From assembly GCA_949948895.1 (NCBI GenBank), contig CATLHE010000005.1, forward strand, positions 2,306 through 66,305: a stretch of 64,000 nt of DNA, given 5' to 3'. The notes below the pieces were generated by a model that was given only the letters and a program-made list of their open reading frames with translations, ran no database searches and was not told where the DNA came from. Positions within the stretch are counted from its first letter, which is position 1; each line of letters opens with the position of its first letter. Below, piece by piece: positions 1 to 11,272 of this stretch. The translations under genes were made by a program, and so were the position numbers. Source of the stretch: an uncultured Christensenella sp. (GTDB taxonomy: Bacteria > Bacillota > Clostridia > Christensenellales > Pumilibacteraceae).

Positions 1-121
1 GGATTGCTCCGAAAGCATTGGCGGAGCAATTACCGAAACAACGAAAGAATAGGTAATAGACGGCTCAAAGCGTCATATTATCATACGTAGGGTATTAAAG
101 CGGGCATAGAGAGGCGAGAGT

Positions 122-694
122 ATGAAGTTTAAAAAAGCGGCATGTGCGGTTATGTTTTTCGTAGGGGTAACGCTGTTTGCGTTTAGCCTTATGGAATTTT
201 TCCGCAACGTGACCGATACGTTTTGGATAATGACCATAGTCGGACTTGTCGTATGCGTACTGAGTCTTTTCGTCGCATTTTACCGTCCGAAAGAGCGCGT
301 CAAACTAAACAGCAAATACGAAAGAAAGCGCGCGCTCGTCTCGCGCCCCGAGTACGATTTTTTGCAGGTGTTGAGACAGATAGAACCCGATAAGTACGAG
401 GTAGTGCCTCAGGTCGCTCTCGTCAACGTTATCGATAAGCGCACGAACGCGCAGTACCGCAACGAGCTGTTTCGCGTATGCGATTACTGTTTTGTCGATC
501 GCGACACGTTTGAGCCGTTATTATTGGTCGAGCTGAACGACAGCTCGCATAAACGCGCCGACCGCAAAAGCCGCGACGAAAAAGTCGCCGCCATCTGCCA
601 AAGCGCGGGCATGCCGCTCGTTACTTTTTGGATGGGCGAGGACCTATCGTATAACACGGTGAAAAAGATCGTCCGCAAGGCGATACTCAAATAA
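122..694 (+). CDS. DUF2726-family protein with N-terminal membrane anchor
   Basis: Two N-terminal hydrophobic helices, then S..E..F...L, PQV.L, CDYCFVD...PLLLVELNDSSH...RD..V..IC..AG.PL, typical of DUF2726. Confidence 0.8.
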   Translation: MKFKKAACAVMFFVGVTLFAFSLMEFFRNVTDTFWIMTIVGLVVCVLSLFVAFYRPKERVKLNSKYERKRALVSRPEYDFLQVLRQIEPDKYEVVPQVALVNVIDKRTNAQYRNELFRVCDYCFVDRDTFEPLLLVELNDSSHKRADRKSRDEKVAAICQSAGMPLVTFWMGEDLSYNTVKKIVRKAILK

Positions 695-696
695 CC

Positions 697-1539
697 GTGT
701 ATATCTGTAACGATTGCCCGAGGCGGTGCGGTATCGACCGCGACGGGAATAAAGCGGGAGTGTGCGGCGAGGGCTTGTCCGCCCGCATAGCCAAGATAAT
801 CAGCCCGTTCACTTACGAAGAGCCGTGTCTCGGCGAACTTTCGGCATTGTTCTTTTCGGGCTGCAATCTTCGCTGTACATACTGCCAAAATATAGCGATA
901 AGCCGCGGCGGTGCGGGTAAGATATATACGGACGAACAGCTCGCGGAAGCATTCGACGGCGCGGTCGGCGCGCTCGATCTAGTTACGCCGACGCATTTTG
1001 TCGGCGCGATAGAACGCGCGCTTTTTTTGTGCAAGACAAAAAAACGCATCATATACAATACTTCCGGGTACGAGACGGAAAGCGGCGTTAAACGCGCTGC
1101 GGCGTTTTCGGACGTATTTTTGACCGACCTCAAATATGTGGGCGGCGGCATATCCTCCAAGTATTCCGCCGCGCCCGATTATTTTAAACGCGCGAGCAAA
1201 GCTTTGATAGCAATGCGCTCTACAAGCGACGAATGGGCGGAAATAAACGGCGCGAGAGTGCTCGTGCGCGGGCTTGTGGTGCGGCACTTGGTGCTGCCCG
1301 GGCATGCCGCCGACAGTATGCGCGCGCTCGATTTTATAAAAAACGAGCTCGGCGCGGATACCGTGATATCGCTTATGAGTCAGTTTACTCCCAACGGCGT
1401 CGGCGAGCCCGCCCGAAAATTAAAGCCGTTAGAGTATAAGCTGGTAGTCGAGCACGCGATGAAGCTCGGTTTGAAAAACGGCTATATGCAAGACTTTTCG
1501 TCTGCGTGCGCCGAGTATACGCCGAGCTTTGATACGTAA
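697..1539 (+). CDS. Radical SAM protein, PflX-like (PFL-activating enzyme related)
   Basis: FFSGCNLRCTYC (CxxxCxxC); LVTPTH, YNTSGYE, RHLVLPG motifs; GTG start 2 nt after the upstream stop. Confidence 0.8.
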   Translation: MYICNDCPRRCGIDRDGNKAGVCGEGLSARIAKIISPFTYEEPCLGELSALFFSGCNLRCTYCQNIAISRGGAGKIYTDEQLAEAFDGAVGALDLVTPTHFVGAIERALFLCKTKKRIIYNTSGYETESGVKRAAAFSDVFLTDLKYVGGGISSKYSAAPDYFKRASKALIAMRSTSDEWAEINGARVLVRGLVVRHLVLPGHAADSMRALDFIKNELGADTVISLMSQFTPNGVGEPARKLKPLEYKLVVEHAMKLGLKNGYMQDFSSACAEYTPSFDT

Positions 1540-1610
1540 TTCGCACGATTCGTCCGTATTAGACAAATCACGACATAAACATACTGAGCGCATTGTGATA
1601 TACAATACGC

Positions 1611-3893
1611 ATGAAGAAACTACGTTACGGCGTCGAGTTCATCGCGGCGTCGGTCTTGCTTGTGGGCTGTTGCGGCGGACGGCTGTACGGCGTGTTCCCG
1701 TTCGGCGCGCCCATGTTTCTCGCGCTGGTAATGTTCGCACTGCCCGCGGCGTTCGACAAAAAACCCGCTGTCGGCGGCGCGTTCTTTGCAACGAATGCGG
1801 CGGTGTATCTTTTGTGCCCGTTCCTGTTCACTTTCGAACTGTGGCGGCTGTACATATCGGGTGCGGTGGTGGTGATAGCGGCGGTGCAGTGGTTCTTGTC
1901 GCTCAAGTTCCCGCGCATGGGAAAAATCATGCCGCGCGTAGTGTTCGCCGTAACGGCGATCGTCATGGACGCGGTACTTCTCGGCGTGTTCACGTCGGTA
2001 GCGGTGGCGGCGGTCAGCGGGTTCGTATCGACAGTGTTTTTGTACTTTGCGAAAAACGCCGCAACGATCGCGATAAATAAATTCGCGTTCCGTCCGTCGG
2101 TGCCCGACGCGGCGGCGCTGTGTTTCGTGCTCGCCGTGTTCGGTCTGACGTTCGGAAGGATCCGACTCGACGGCATGTTCATAGGCATGGCGTTCATGTA
2201 TTTCGTCATGCTCATGCTGTGTGTAACGGGCGTGAAACCCCTGCTCGCGGGCGGGCTCGCCATGGCGCTCGGGCTTGGGCTTTCCGACGTAACGGCGGCG
2301 GTGTGCGCAATAGCCGCAGTGGGCGTGCTTGCTGTGTTCTCGACCCTGCCGCGCCCGATATACGCGCTTATAGGCGTGTTCGCGCTCTCGGCGTTCGGTG
2401 TGCTGTTCGGCGTATTGGCGAGCACGATAGGCTACAACGCCGCGTTCGCCGCGGCGGGCTCGCTCCCGTTCCTATTGATACCGAAGCGCGCGGTGCAAAG
2501 CCTGAAACAATACACCGACTTCGACGGCTCGGCGCGGCTCGCTGTGCGGCACTATATAAACCGCGTGAAAGCGGACGCGGGCAATCGCCTTCTGGTCCTC
2601 GGCTCGGTGTTCGACGAAACGGCAAGACTGATGACTGCGCTTGGCGAACCGCCCCGCGACGCGACGGCGGCGAGCACCGTCATGCGCGATCGGATCTGCC
2701 CGTACTGCAAAAAATACGGAACGTGCGACAACATGAAAGCGGCGGATGCGTTCATCGCCGTGGCACAGCGCGCGGAATCGGGCAGATCCGCGCTTACCGA
2801 TCTTCCCGAGTTTTTCACGGCCGAGTGCGACAAGACCGACGAAGTCCTGCGCGCGGCGGCGGCGCTAACCGACGCGGCGAAAGAGCGCAAGACCCGCGAA
2901 GAAAGCGAAACGAAAGCGCGCGAGATAGTAACGGAGCGCATGCTCGGGATAAAGGACGTACTGACCGAGCTGGGCAGCGCGCAGGCAAAACCCGTCGGGT
3001 TCGACGGCGACGCCGAAAAGCGTCTGGCGTCGGAGCTAGCCGCGCGCGGGATAGAATGCGCGGAAGCGTTTGTGACCGACTCGGGCATAACGGCGATAGT
3101 ACGTACTTCCGCCGCCGACCGAAAAACGCTGTGCCGCGCCGCAAACGCGTGCTTGAAACGTGAGTACGAAGTACGCTCGCTCGAAAAAACTCAGGCGTCG
3201 GGCTGGTCGGTCGCCGCGCTCAAACGCCGTCCTGCATACGAAGCGGTGTACGCGCGCGCGGGCGTGAGCAAGACGGGCGGCGTGAGCGGCGACAGCTATA
3301 CGTTCGAGCGCATAGGCGACAAGTTCCTCGTCGCACTTTTAGACGGCATGGGCACGGGCGACGGCGCGGGGCAAAGCTCCGCCGCGGCGGTGGAGCTGGT
3401 CGAGTGTTTTTATAAAGCGGGGTTTGACTCGCGCTCGGCGCTCTCGGGCGTCAATCGGTTCATGAAACTGCCGAGCGGCGAGCGGTTCTCGGCGGCGGAT
3501 GTAGCGGTATGCGATCTCGATACCGCCGACGTCGACATAATCAAGATAGGCGCGCCGCCGTGCTATATCAAAACGGCGGACACCGTGCTCAAGATAGACG
3601 GCAGTTCGCTCCCGATAGGCGTGCTCGACGAAATGCGCCCGTCGGTCACGAGCAAGCGCCTGTACCCCGGGCAAATGCTCGTTTGCGTCACAGACGGAGT
3701 GAGCGACTGCTTCGACGGCGACGAACTGCCCGAGTACATAAACGGATTGGGCGAGCACAACCCCGAGCGCATGGCAAACGAGATACTCCGCCGCGCGCTC
3801 ATGCTGTCGGGCGAAACGCCCAAGGACGATATGACGGTCGTCGCGTTCCGACTGTTCGAAAACAAACGCACGAAAAACGCCGACTGCGCGTGA
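1611..3893 (+). CDS. spoIIE: Stage II sporulation protein E (membrane PP2C-type phosphatase)
   Basis: Multi-TM N-terminus, C..C...C regulatory region, C-terminal PP2C motifs SGDSY, LDGMGTG, VTDGV, DDMTV. Confidence 0.85.
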   Translation: MKKLRYGVEFIAASVLLVGCCGGRLYGVFPFGAPMFLALVMFALPAAFDKKPAVGGAFFATNAAVYLLCPFLFTFELWRLYISGAVVVIAAVQWFLSLKFPRMGKIMPRVVFAVTAIVMDAVLLGVFTSVAVAAVSGFVSTVFLYFAKNAATIAINKFAFRPSVPDAAALCFVLAVFGLTFGRIRLDGMFIGMAFMYFVMLMLCVTGVKPLLAGGLAMALGLGLSDVTAAVCAIAAVGVLAVFSTLPRPIYALIGVFALSAFGVLFGVLASTIGYNAAFAAAGSLPFLLIPKRAVQSLKQYTDFDGSARLAVRHYINRVKADAGNRLLVLGSVFDETARLMTALGEPPRDATAASTVMRDRICPYCKKYGTCDNMKAADAFIAVAQRAESGRSALTDLPEFFTAECDKTDEVLRAAAALTDAAKERKTREESETKAREIVTERMLGIKDVLTELGSAQAKPVGFDGDAEKRLASELAARGIECAEAFVTDSGITAIVRTSAADRKTLCRAANACLKREYEVRSLEKTQASGWSVAALKRRPAYEAVYARAGVSKTGGVSGDSYTFERIGDKFLVALLDGMGTGDGAGQSSAAAVELVECFYKAGFDSRSALSGVNRFMKLPSGERFSAADVAVCDLDTADVDIIKIGAPPCYIKTADTVLKIDGSSLPIGVLDEMRPSVTSKRLYPGQMLVCVTDGVSDCFDGDELPEYINGLGEHNPERMANEILRRALMLSGETPKDDMTVVAFRLFENKRTKNADCA

Positions 3894-3925
3894 GCTTATT
3901 TCTCACGCTCACAACGTTTAAAAGA

Positions 3926-3954
3926 TTGACAATCCCGCCGAAAAGTAATATCAT
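3926..3954 (+). promoter_or_regulatory. sigmaA-type promoter of leuA
   Basis: TTGACA (3926-31), 17 bp, TATCAT (3949-54). Confidence 0.7.
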
Positions 3955-3960
3955 GTAATC

Positions 3961-5619
3961 ATGAAAAATGCGGACAAATACCAAGCCAATTACTTCGCCC
4001 CGAAAGAGGCGTGTTTCGATTGGGTAAAGCGCGAGCGCATAACCGCGCCGCCCGTTTGGTGCAGCGTCGATCTTCGCGACGGCAACCAAGCGTTGGTAAC
4101 GCCCATGGAGCTTGACGAAAAGCTCGAGTTTTTCAAGCTGTTGGTTCGGCTCGGGTTCAAGCAGATAGAAATAGGCTTTCCCGCGGCGAGCGACACGGAG
4201 TACGCATTCATGAGACGGCTCATAGACGACGGACTTATCCCCGACGACGTGACGGTCCAGGTCCTGACGCAGTGCCGCGAGCATATAATCGACAAAACGC
4301 TCAAAAGCCTTGATGGCGTTAAAAACGCCATCGTGCACTTTTACAATTCCACGAGCAAAGCTCAGCGCGAACAGGTCTTTCGCAAGAGCAAGTCGGAAAT
4401 TATTGATATAGCGGTAAACGCCGCCGAGCAAATAAAAACGGCGACGCGCGGACTGCCGTATCGCTTCGAATACTCGCCCGAATCGTTCACGGGCACCGAG
4501 CCCGAGTTCGCGCTCGAGATCTGCGACGCGGTGTCGGACGTAATACAGCCGACCGCGGACAAAAAGCTCATAATCAACCTGCCCGTCACGGTAGAAACGT
4601 CGTCGCCGCACATGTACGCCTGTCAAGTCGAGTACATGAAAAAACGACTGAAACACAAGGACGCCATAATCATCTCGACGCACCCGCACAACGACCGCGG
4701 CACGGGCGTAGCCGACGCGGAGCTCGCCATGCTCGCGGGCGCGGAGCGCGTAGAGGGCACGCTGTTCGGCAACGGCGAGCGCACGGGCAATGTAGACATA
4801 ATAACGCTCGCGCTCAATATGTACTCGCAGGGCGTCGATCCAAAGCTCGAGCTTTCCGACCTCAACGGGATAATAACCGAGTACGAGCGGTTTACGGGCA
4901 TGAAAGTCCCGCCGCGTCAGCCGTATGCGGGCGCGCTGGTGTTTACCGCGTTTTCGGGCTCGCATCAGGACGCTATCGCCAAGAGCCACGAGTACCGCCG
5001 AAAGACTGCGGTGCAAAACTGGGACGTGCCGTACCTGCCCGTCGATCCCGTCGACCTCGGCAGAAGCTATGACGGCGACGTTATCCGTATCAATTCGCAG
5101 TCCGGAAAAGGCGGCATAGCGTACGTGCTCGAACAAAAATTCGGGTTCATAGTGCCGAAAGCCATGCGCGAGGACATAGGCTACTGCGTCAAAGGCATTT
5201 CCGACCGCGCGCATAAAGAATTAAAGCCGCAGGAAGTTGCCGACGTGTTCGAGAGAGAATACGTAAACATAGACAGTCCGCTGTCGCTCGGCTCGTTCGG
5301 ATTTGACAAAGCGGACGGCGAAGTACTGTTGTCGATGAAACTGAAAAAGAACGGCAAAGACGCCGTCATTATCGGCAAGGGCAATGGTCAGTTCAACGCG
5401 GCGGTCTCGGCGATAAAGCGCGCCGAAAACATCGACTTTACCACCGCGCTGTACAGCGAGCACGCAATGAAGCGCGGCTCGGACTCGCTTGCGGCGGCGT
5501 ACGTCGGATTGGAGCGCGGCGACAAAACATATTACGCCGCGGGCGTGGATCCCGACATCATGACGGCGTCTATAAAAGCGCTCATCGGCGCAGTCAATAA
5601 GATATTGGTAAGCACATAG
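3961..5619 (+). CDS. leuA: 2-isopropylmalate synthase
   Basis: WCSVDLRDGNQAL, HPHNDRG, EGTLFGNGERTGNVD, FSGSHQDAI, RINSQSGKGG. Confidence 0.95.
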   Translation: MKNADKYQANYFAPKEACFDWVKRERITAPPVWCSVDLRDGNQALVTPMELDEKLEFFKLLVRLGFKQIEIGFPAASDTEYAFMRRLIDDGLIPDDVTVQVLTQCREHIIDKTLKSLDGVKNAIVHFYNSTSKAQREQVFRKSKSEIIDIAVNAAEQIKTATRGLPYRFEYSPESFTGTEPEFALEICDAVSDVIQPTADKKLIINLPVTVETSSPHMYACQVEYMKKRLKHKDAIIISTHPHNDRGTGVADAELAMLAGAERVEGTLFGNGERTGNVDIITLALNMYSQGVDPKLELSDLNGIITEYERFTGMKVPPRQPYAGALVFTAFSGSHQDAIAKSHEYRRKTAVQNWDVPYLPVDPVDLGRSYDGDVIRINSQSGKGGIAYVLEQKFGFIVPKAMREDIGYCVKGISDRAHKELKPQEVADVFEREYVNIDSPLSLGSFGFDKADGEVLLSMKLKKNGKDAVIIGKGNGQFNAAVSAIKRAENIDFTTALYSEHAMKRGSDSLAAAYVGLERGDKTYYAAGVDPDIMTASIKALIGAVNKILVST

Positions 5620-5654
5620 CGATGTCTGCAAAATGTGTTATGCGTTGTCTCCTT

Positions 5655-5990
5655 GCGGCGGTTCGCCTGGATTCTTCGCCGTTGGCTCAGAATGACATAA
5701 AGACGGTAAGTAACGCGTTGTCAGGGAGTAGCAATCAACCAAACAATTTCTCAAATCACCGCCCCTTACGGAAAGAATGGCGTAAATAAATTCCTTACGT
5801 AACGCCTTTCTTCGGGCGTAACGCACAATCAATCACCAATGCAAACACACGACAAAAATCCAAGCTGTGCTTGGTCGGGTGTAACCAAGAACAAACTCCT
5901 CATCCCAATGCCCATTACGAAAAAGCGGCGTAGAGCAATTTCTTACGCCACGCCATTCCTCGGGCGCAACCAAAAACAAATCACAAAAGT
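5655..5990. repeat. Intergenic REP-like cluster (families A and B)
   Basis: GGATTCTTCG..CTCAGAATGACA at about 5670-5697; CACGACA-n5-CCAAGCTGTGCTTGG at 5848-5874. Confidence 0.75.
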
Positions 5991-6011
5991 AAACACACGA
6001 CGGTTAAAAAA

Positions 6012-7862
<1,851 letters not shown>

Positions 7863-7925
7863 CCCGGGTCTTTTACGGCGCGAAACGGATAAGCGCGGGT
7901 AGTCGCGGAACGCAAAGGAGAAACC

Positions 7926-8522
7926 ATGGAGAACAAGCTCGGGATAACCGATGAAAAAACACTCGCCGCCGCGGAAGAGCGGATAGAAAAGAAACGCGCG
8001 AAAGAGCTTTTCGATTCGGGTCGGCTCGCGAAAATGCCCGTCGGCACGTACGCGGGGCTTAAAGAGATACATATAGCGCTGTTCGGTGACGTGTACGACT
8101 TTGCCGGCGAGCTTCGGACTGTCAATATCGGAAAGGGCAGTATGCGGTTTGCGCCCGCGGAATCGCTCGACAGCGCTATCAAGTTTGTGGACATCATGCC
8201 GCACGGCAGTTTTGACGAGATCATGGACAAGTTCATACAAATGAACAGCGTCCACCCGTTCCGTAAAGGCAACGGCAGAGCGATGCGGATTTGGCTGGAC
8301 GTCATGTTCGCAGAAGCGTTCGGCAAGCTCGTCGATTGGCGCACGGTCAATAAGGACGCGTACAATATAGCAATGGAGCACTGCTCGCTCGATAAGCGCG
8401 GCATTGTCGCGATCATCTCGGGCTCGCTCACCGACAAGGTCGGGCGCTCGATGTTCCTGAACGGTATCGACGCGAGCTTTGCGCTCGAAGGTCTGTGCTC
8501 GTACAGAACGGAAGATCTGTAG
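7926..8522 (+). CDS. Fic-domain protein, class III type (C-terminal auto-inhibitory helix)
   Basis: HPFRKGNGRAMR (Fic motif with K at the D/E position); C-terminal SFALEG matches (S/T)xxxE(G/N). Confidence 0.85.
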   Translation: MENKLGITDEKTLAAAEERIEKKRAKELFDSGRLAKMPVGTYAGLKEIHIALFGDVYDFAGELRTVNIGKGSMRFAPAESLDSAIKFVDIMPHGSFDEIMDKFIQMNSVHPFRKGNGRAMRIWLDVMFAEAFGKLVDWRTVNKDAYNIAMEHCSLDKRGIVAIISGSLTDKVGRSMFLNGIDASFALEGLCSYRTEDL

Positions 8523-8529
8523 CCAAGCC

Positions 8530-8735
8530 TTACGCTTGACCGCCTGTCGTGTGTTTGCATGGATGATTGATTTTGCATAGCACCCGAACAAACACGGTTT
8601 GGATTTTTGTCGTGTGCCAACCAAATGTTGGACGATTGTCGTGTGTAGGCTTTTGTGTTAATTTATTGTTTCACCCGAATAAAGCGTTAATGTTTATAAA
8701 CCGTTCGTAGGGCGCGACAATCTCGGCGCCCAGTT
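8530..8735. repeat. Intergenic REP-like cluster (families A and C)
   Basis: Three TGTCGTG units with CCAA hairpins; GTAGGGCGC..GCGCCC at about 8706-8731. Confidence 0.7.
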
Positions 8736-9353
8736 GCATTTAGTTCCGCAATTATTCTGGTGTAACAATAAATAAATCACCTACGTAAATACATAACAAC
8801 ATCGATTTGTAATCGCAAGCTATGCTGAGCGTACCATTAAATAAATGATTTATGCACACGCTATAAACGTTAAACTTCTATTAAATAGTGGTCGATTGAG
8901 AAAATCAGTGTATGCTAATATCACGTGATATTGTATTTATAATCTTGATATGTATCTATAGTTTAGCACAAAGTATTAATTAGGTGCATCCGCTTGCCTT
9001 GTTTTTCTTTTTTCTCATAGGCTTAGTGTGACCATCGTCGTCACGACACAGCGCACGCATGCCCCTTTCTTATGGGACTATCTTAATATTTAAAATTTTG
9101 TTTTCAAACTATAAAAAAAATAAAAGTTGACAAAAAATATGTGTTATTTTTATGTGTTTCTTCTTATGATTTAGTGAGTGTTTACAAAAGCCCATGGTAA
9201 AAGTGGTATTTTAATGAATTTCACTTATAGATAAAATAATGATTAAGAATTATTACAATACTTTAATTTATTAAATTTAATATTACTATGCATATGGATA
9301 ATATGTTGAAAAAAATTGAAATTTCTGATATAATCATTTTAAAAGGAGCTGTT

Positions 9354-9989
9354 ATGGATTTTTTAATGTCTATTATTACAGGAATAGTATCTTCTGTAAT
9401 TGTGTCTTGTTTTATTTGGATTGGTCAAAAGATTATTAGAACTAGATATTATTCTGACATTGCTAGAGTGTATAATACTAAAGAGAGTGGGTTTAAAGCA
9501 ATCAATAATGATATGAGACAAGCATCTGAAGTGAAGACCCTCGCAGTGCGTGGACAATCGCTAATTGACAAAAATGCTTTTAGTAATTTATGGGATACTG
9601 AGAACTGTAATCGCAAAATTGAAATTATTATCTCTGATATAGACAATCAAAAGCTTATATCACAGCGTAGCAAAGCAAATTGTATAGGTGAGGATACGTA
9701 TAAAAAAGGTATAGAGATAGTTCTTAAAGAATTAACGACAAAACAGCAAATCTATCAAAATCTAACACTCCTTACTCATACAACTGACTTGTCATTTAAG
9801 CTTTTTATCATGGATCATTGCATGTATGTTTTGTATTATCAAAACAATAAGAATGTTAACAAATCTAGAATAGTTAAATATAAAAGCGATACAGGGGCTT
9901 ATATGGCTTTTCAACATTATTACGATAGCATAAAGTCTAATAGCAGCATAAAAATCTATAATACTTTATTGGGTGTTAAAAATGGATAA
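9354..9989 (+). CDS. N-terminal TM helix + PLD-like fold (DUF5919-like) protein
   Basis: SD AAGGAG before ATG 9354 (preferred to the track start 9288); hydrophobic first ~25 aa; IEIIISD..N...QR, SFKLFIMD, YV.YY, AF..YYD.I pattern resembles DUF5919. Confidence 0.55.
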   Translation: MDFLMSIITGIVSSVIVSCFIWIGQKIIRTRYYSDIARVYNTKESGFKAINNDMRQASEVKTLAVRGQSLIDKNAFSNLWDTENCNRKIEIIISDIDNQKLISQRSKANCIGEDTYKKGIEIVLKELTTKQQIYQNLTLLTHTTDLSFKLFIMDHCMYVLYYQNNKNVNKSRIVKYKSDTGAYMAFQHYYDSIKSNSSIKIYNTLLGVKNG

Positions 9990-11097
9990 TTTTTTGTCTG
10001 GAATTATACAATTAGGAAATAGAGTAAATAGTAAAGATGATATACTGGTTTTAAATGATTATTGGTTTAACAATATTCATACGCTAAAATCCGTATTACC
10101 TAAGTGTATAATATCACCCTACGAATATGCATTTAGTCATATTCCCGCATTCATCCAAATGCTAGGGATACCGTTTATATTTTTAAACATAGGTGAAATT
10201 AAGCAATTAAAAGCTGGAGAATACGTGAGTATAGATTTTAATAATAATTCTGTAGGCTCTAATTCGCATTACGATAGTTTTTATAACGATAAAATGCTTT
10301 TTGAAAACGGGGTTTGTTTTTATTCATCAATTAAAGGTCAAAAAATAGATAGTTATCTCATTAGTCAGTCGTCTGGAGTGGGTTTAGTTTCAACAGAGTT
10401 TTTGTTTTATAAATCAAAGAATATTTCAAAAAGGCATCAATTTAATGTGCTCAGTAATCTTTGCAAGCAAAATCCAACATTGGATTATACAATAAGATTA
10501 TTTGATATTTGTGTGGATAAAATCCCTGTTTGGGCACAACAAAAATATTCAAACCACAAGTGTAATATCGGCAGGGGTGTCAATTTAGGTTCTACCGACA
10601 GCGAAAAAAATTTGTTTAATCAATTGTCTGTTATCAAAGAATTATCAAAAAAATATAAGATTTCAGTACTTGTCCCATATTTGACTGACATAGATGAAAT
10701 AATGAAAATTAAAATGTTTTTACAGCAGAATTTTTGTAATAATGTTAGACTTGGTGCTATGATAGAGTCAGTCGATATTTTGCCGATCATTAAAGAGTTG
10801 AATAAAATTGTTGATTTTTATTCTTTAGGAACAAATGACATTGTCCAATCATTTTTTAAAATCGATAGGACAAAACCTATTTGTTTCAATAAAGTGGATT
10901 TAAAAAATAAAGAATTTCGATTTCTTTTACTTGAAATTTTGACTCTGGTCCAGAATAAAAGTATAAGAGTTTGCGGACAACTTCCTGTAATGCCAGGAAT
11001 GTTATCCGCTATGATTGAAATCGGATACAAGCAATTTACAGTTAATCCATACTGGATAAAATATTTAAAAGCTGTTGCGTTTAAATGCATAATTTAA
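9982..11097 (+). CDS. Minimal PTS enzyme-I/PEP-utiliser-like protein (His swivel + PEP-binding TIM barrel)
   Basis: FSHIPAFIQMLGIP..GEYVSID (mobile His domain); GVGLVSTEFL, TIRLFDICVDK, GAMIES, FYSLGTNDIVQSFFKIDR, VCGQ; ATG 9982 overlaps the upstream stop by 8 nt. Confidence 0.8.
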   Translation: MDNFLSGIIQLGNRVNSKDDILVLNDYWFNNIHTLKSVLPKCIISPYEYAFSHIPAFIQMLGIPFIFLNIGEIKQLKAGEYVSIDFNNNSVGSNSHYDSFYNDKMLFENGVCFYSSIKGQKIDSYLISQSSGVGLVSTEFLFYKSKNISKRHQFNVLSNLCKQNPTLDYTIRLFDICVDKIPVWAQQKYSNHKCNIGRGVNLGSTDSEKNLFNQLSVIKELSKKYKISVLVPYLTDIDEIMKIKMFLQQNFCNNVRLGAMIESVDILPIIKELNKIVDFYSLGTNDIVQSFFKIDRTKPICFNKVDLKNKEFRFLLLEILTLVQNKSIRVCGQLPVMPGMLSAMIEIGYKQFTVNPYWIKYLKAVAFKCII

Positions 11098-11272
11098 AAT
11101 CGATGTCGATTATTGACGACAGAATACGAAACAATTCGCGATCCGTATGAATGTGTGTGGTTGATAAAAACGGTCAAGGTATATCCTATATATCCCGCTG
11201 TATTTCGCCAAACTTGACAGTTATATCGTTTTATGATATATTGTTTTTAATGTTTCAAGGAATAGCGGCTTT

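Larger units (their letters stand above)
8740..11100. other. AT-rich horizontally acquired island
   Basis: Spot counts of single 60-nt lines give about 25-28% GC, versus about 62-67% in spoIIE/typA lines; sharp return to host composition near 11100. Confidence 0.9.

Noticed and set aside
1569-1575. CACGACA/TGTCGTG as a Spo0A box upstream of spoIIE
   Set aside because: Only a 5/7 match to TGNCGAA, and the same heptamer is the ubiquitous repeat tag; a single copy is not supportable
3894-3960. T-box leader for leuA
   Set aside because: The intergenic space is only 67 bp and has no T-box 14-mer or terminator
9982-11097. Housekeeping ptsI or pyruvate phosphate dikinase
   Set aside because: Too short, lacking the HPr-binding and nucleotide-binding domains, foreign composition, and no ptsH
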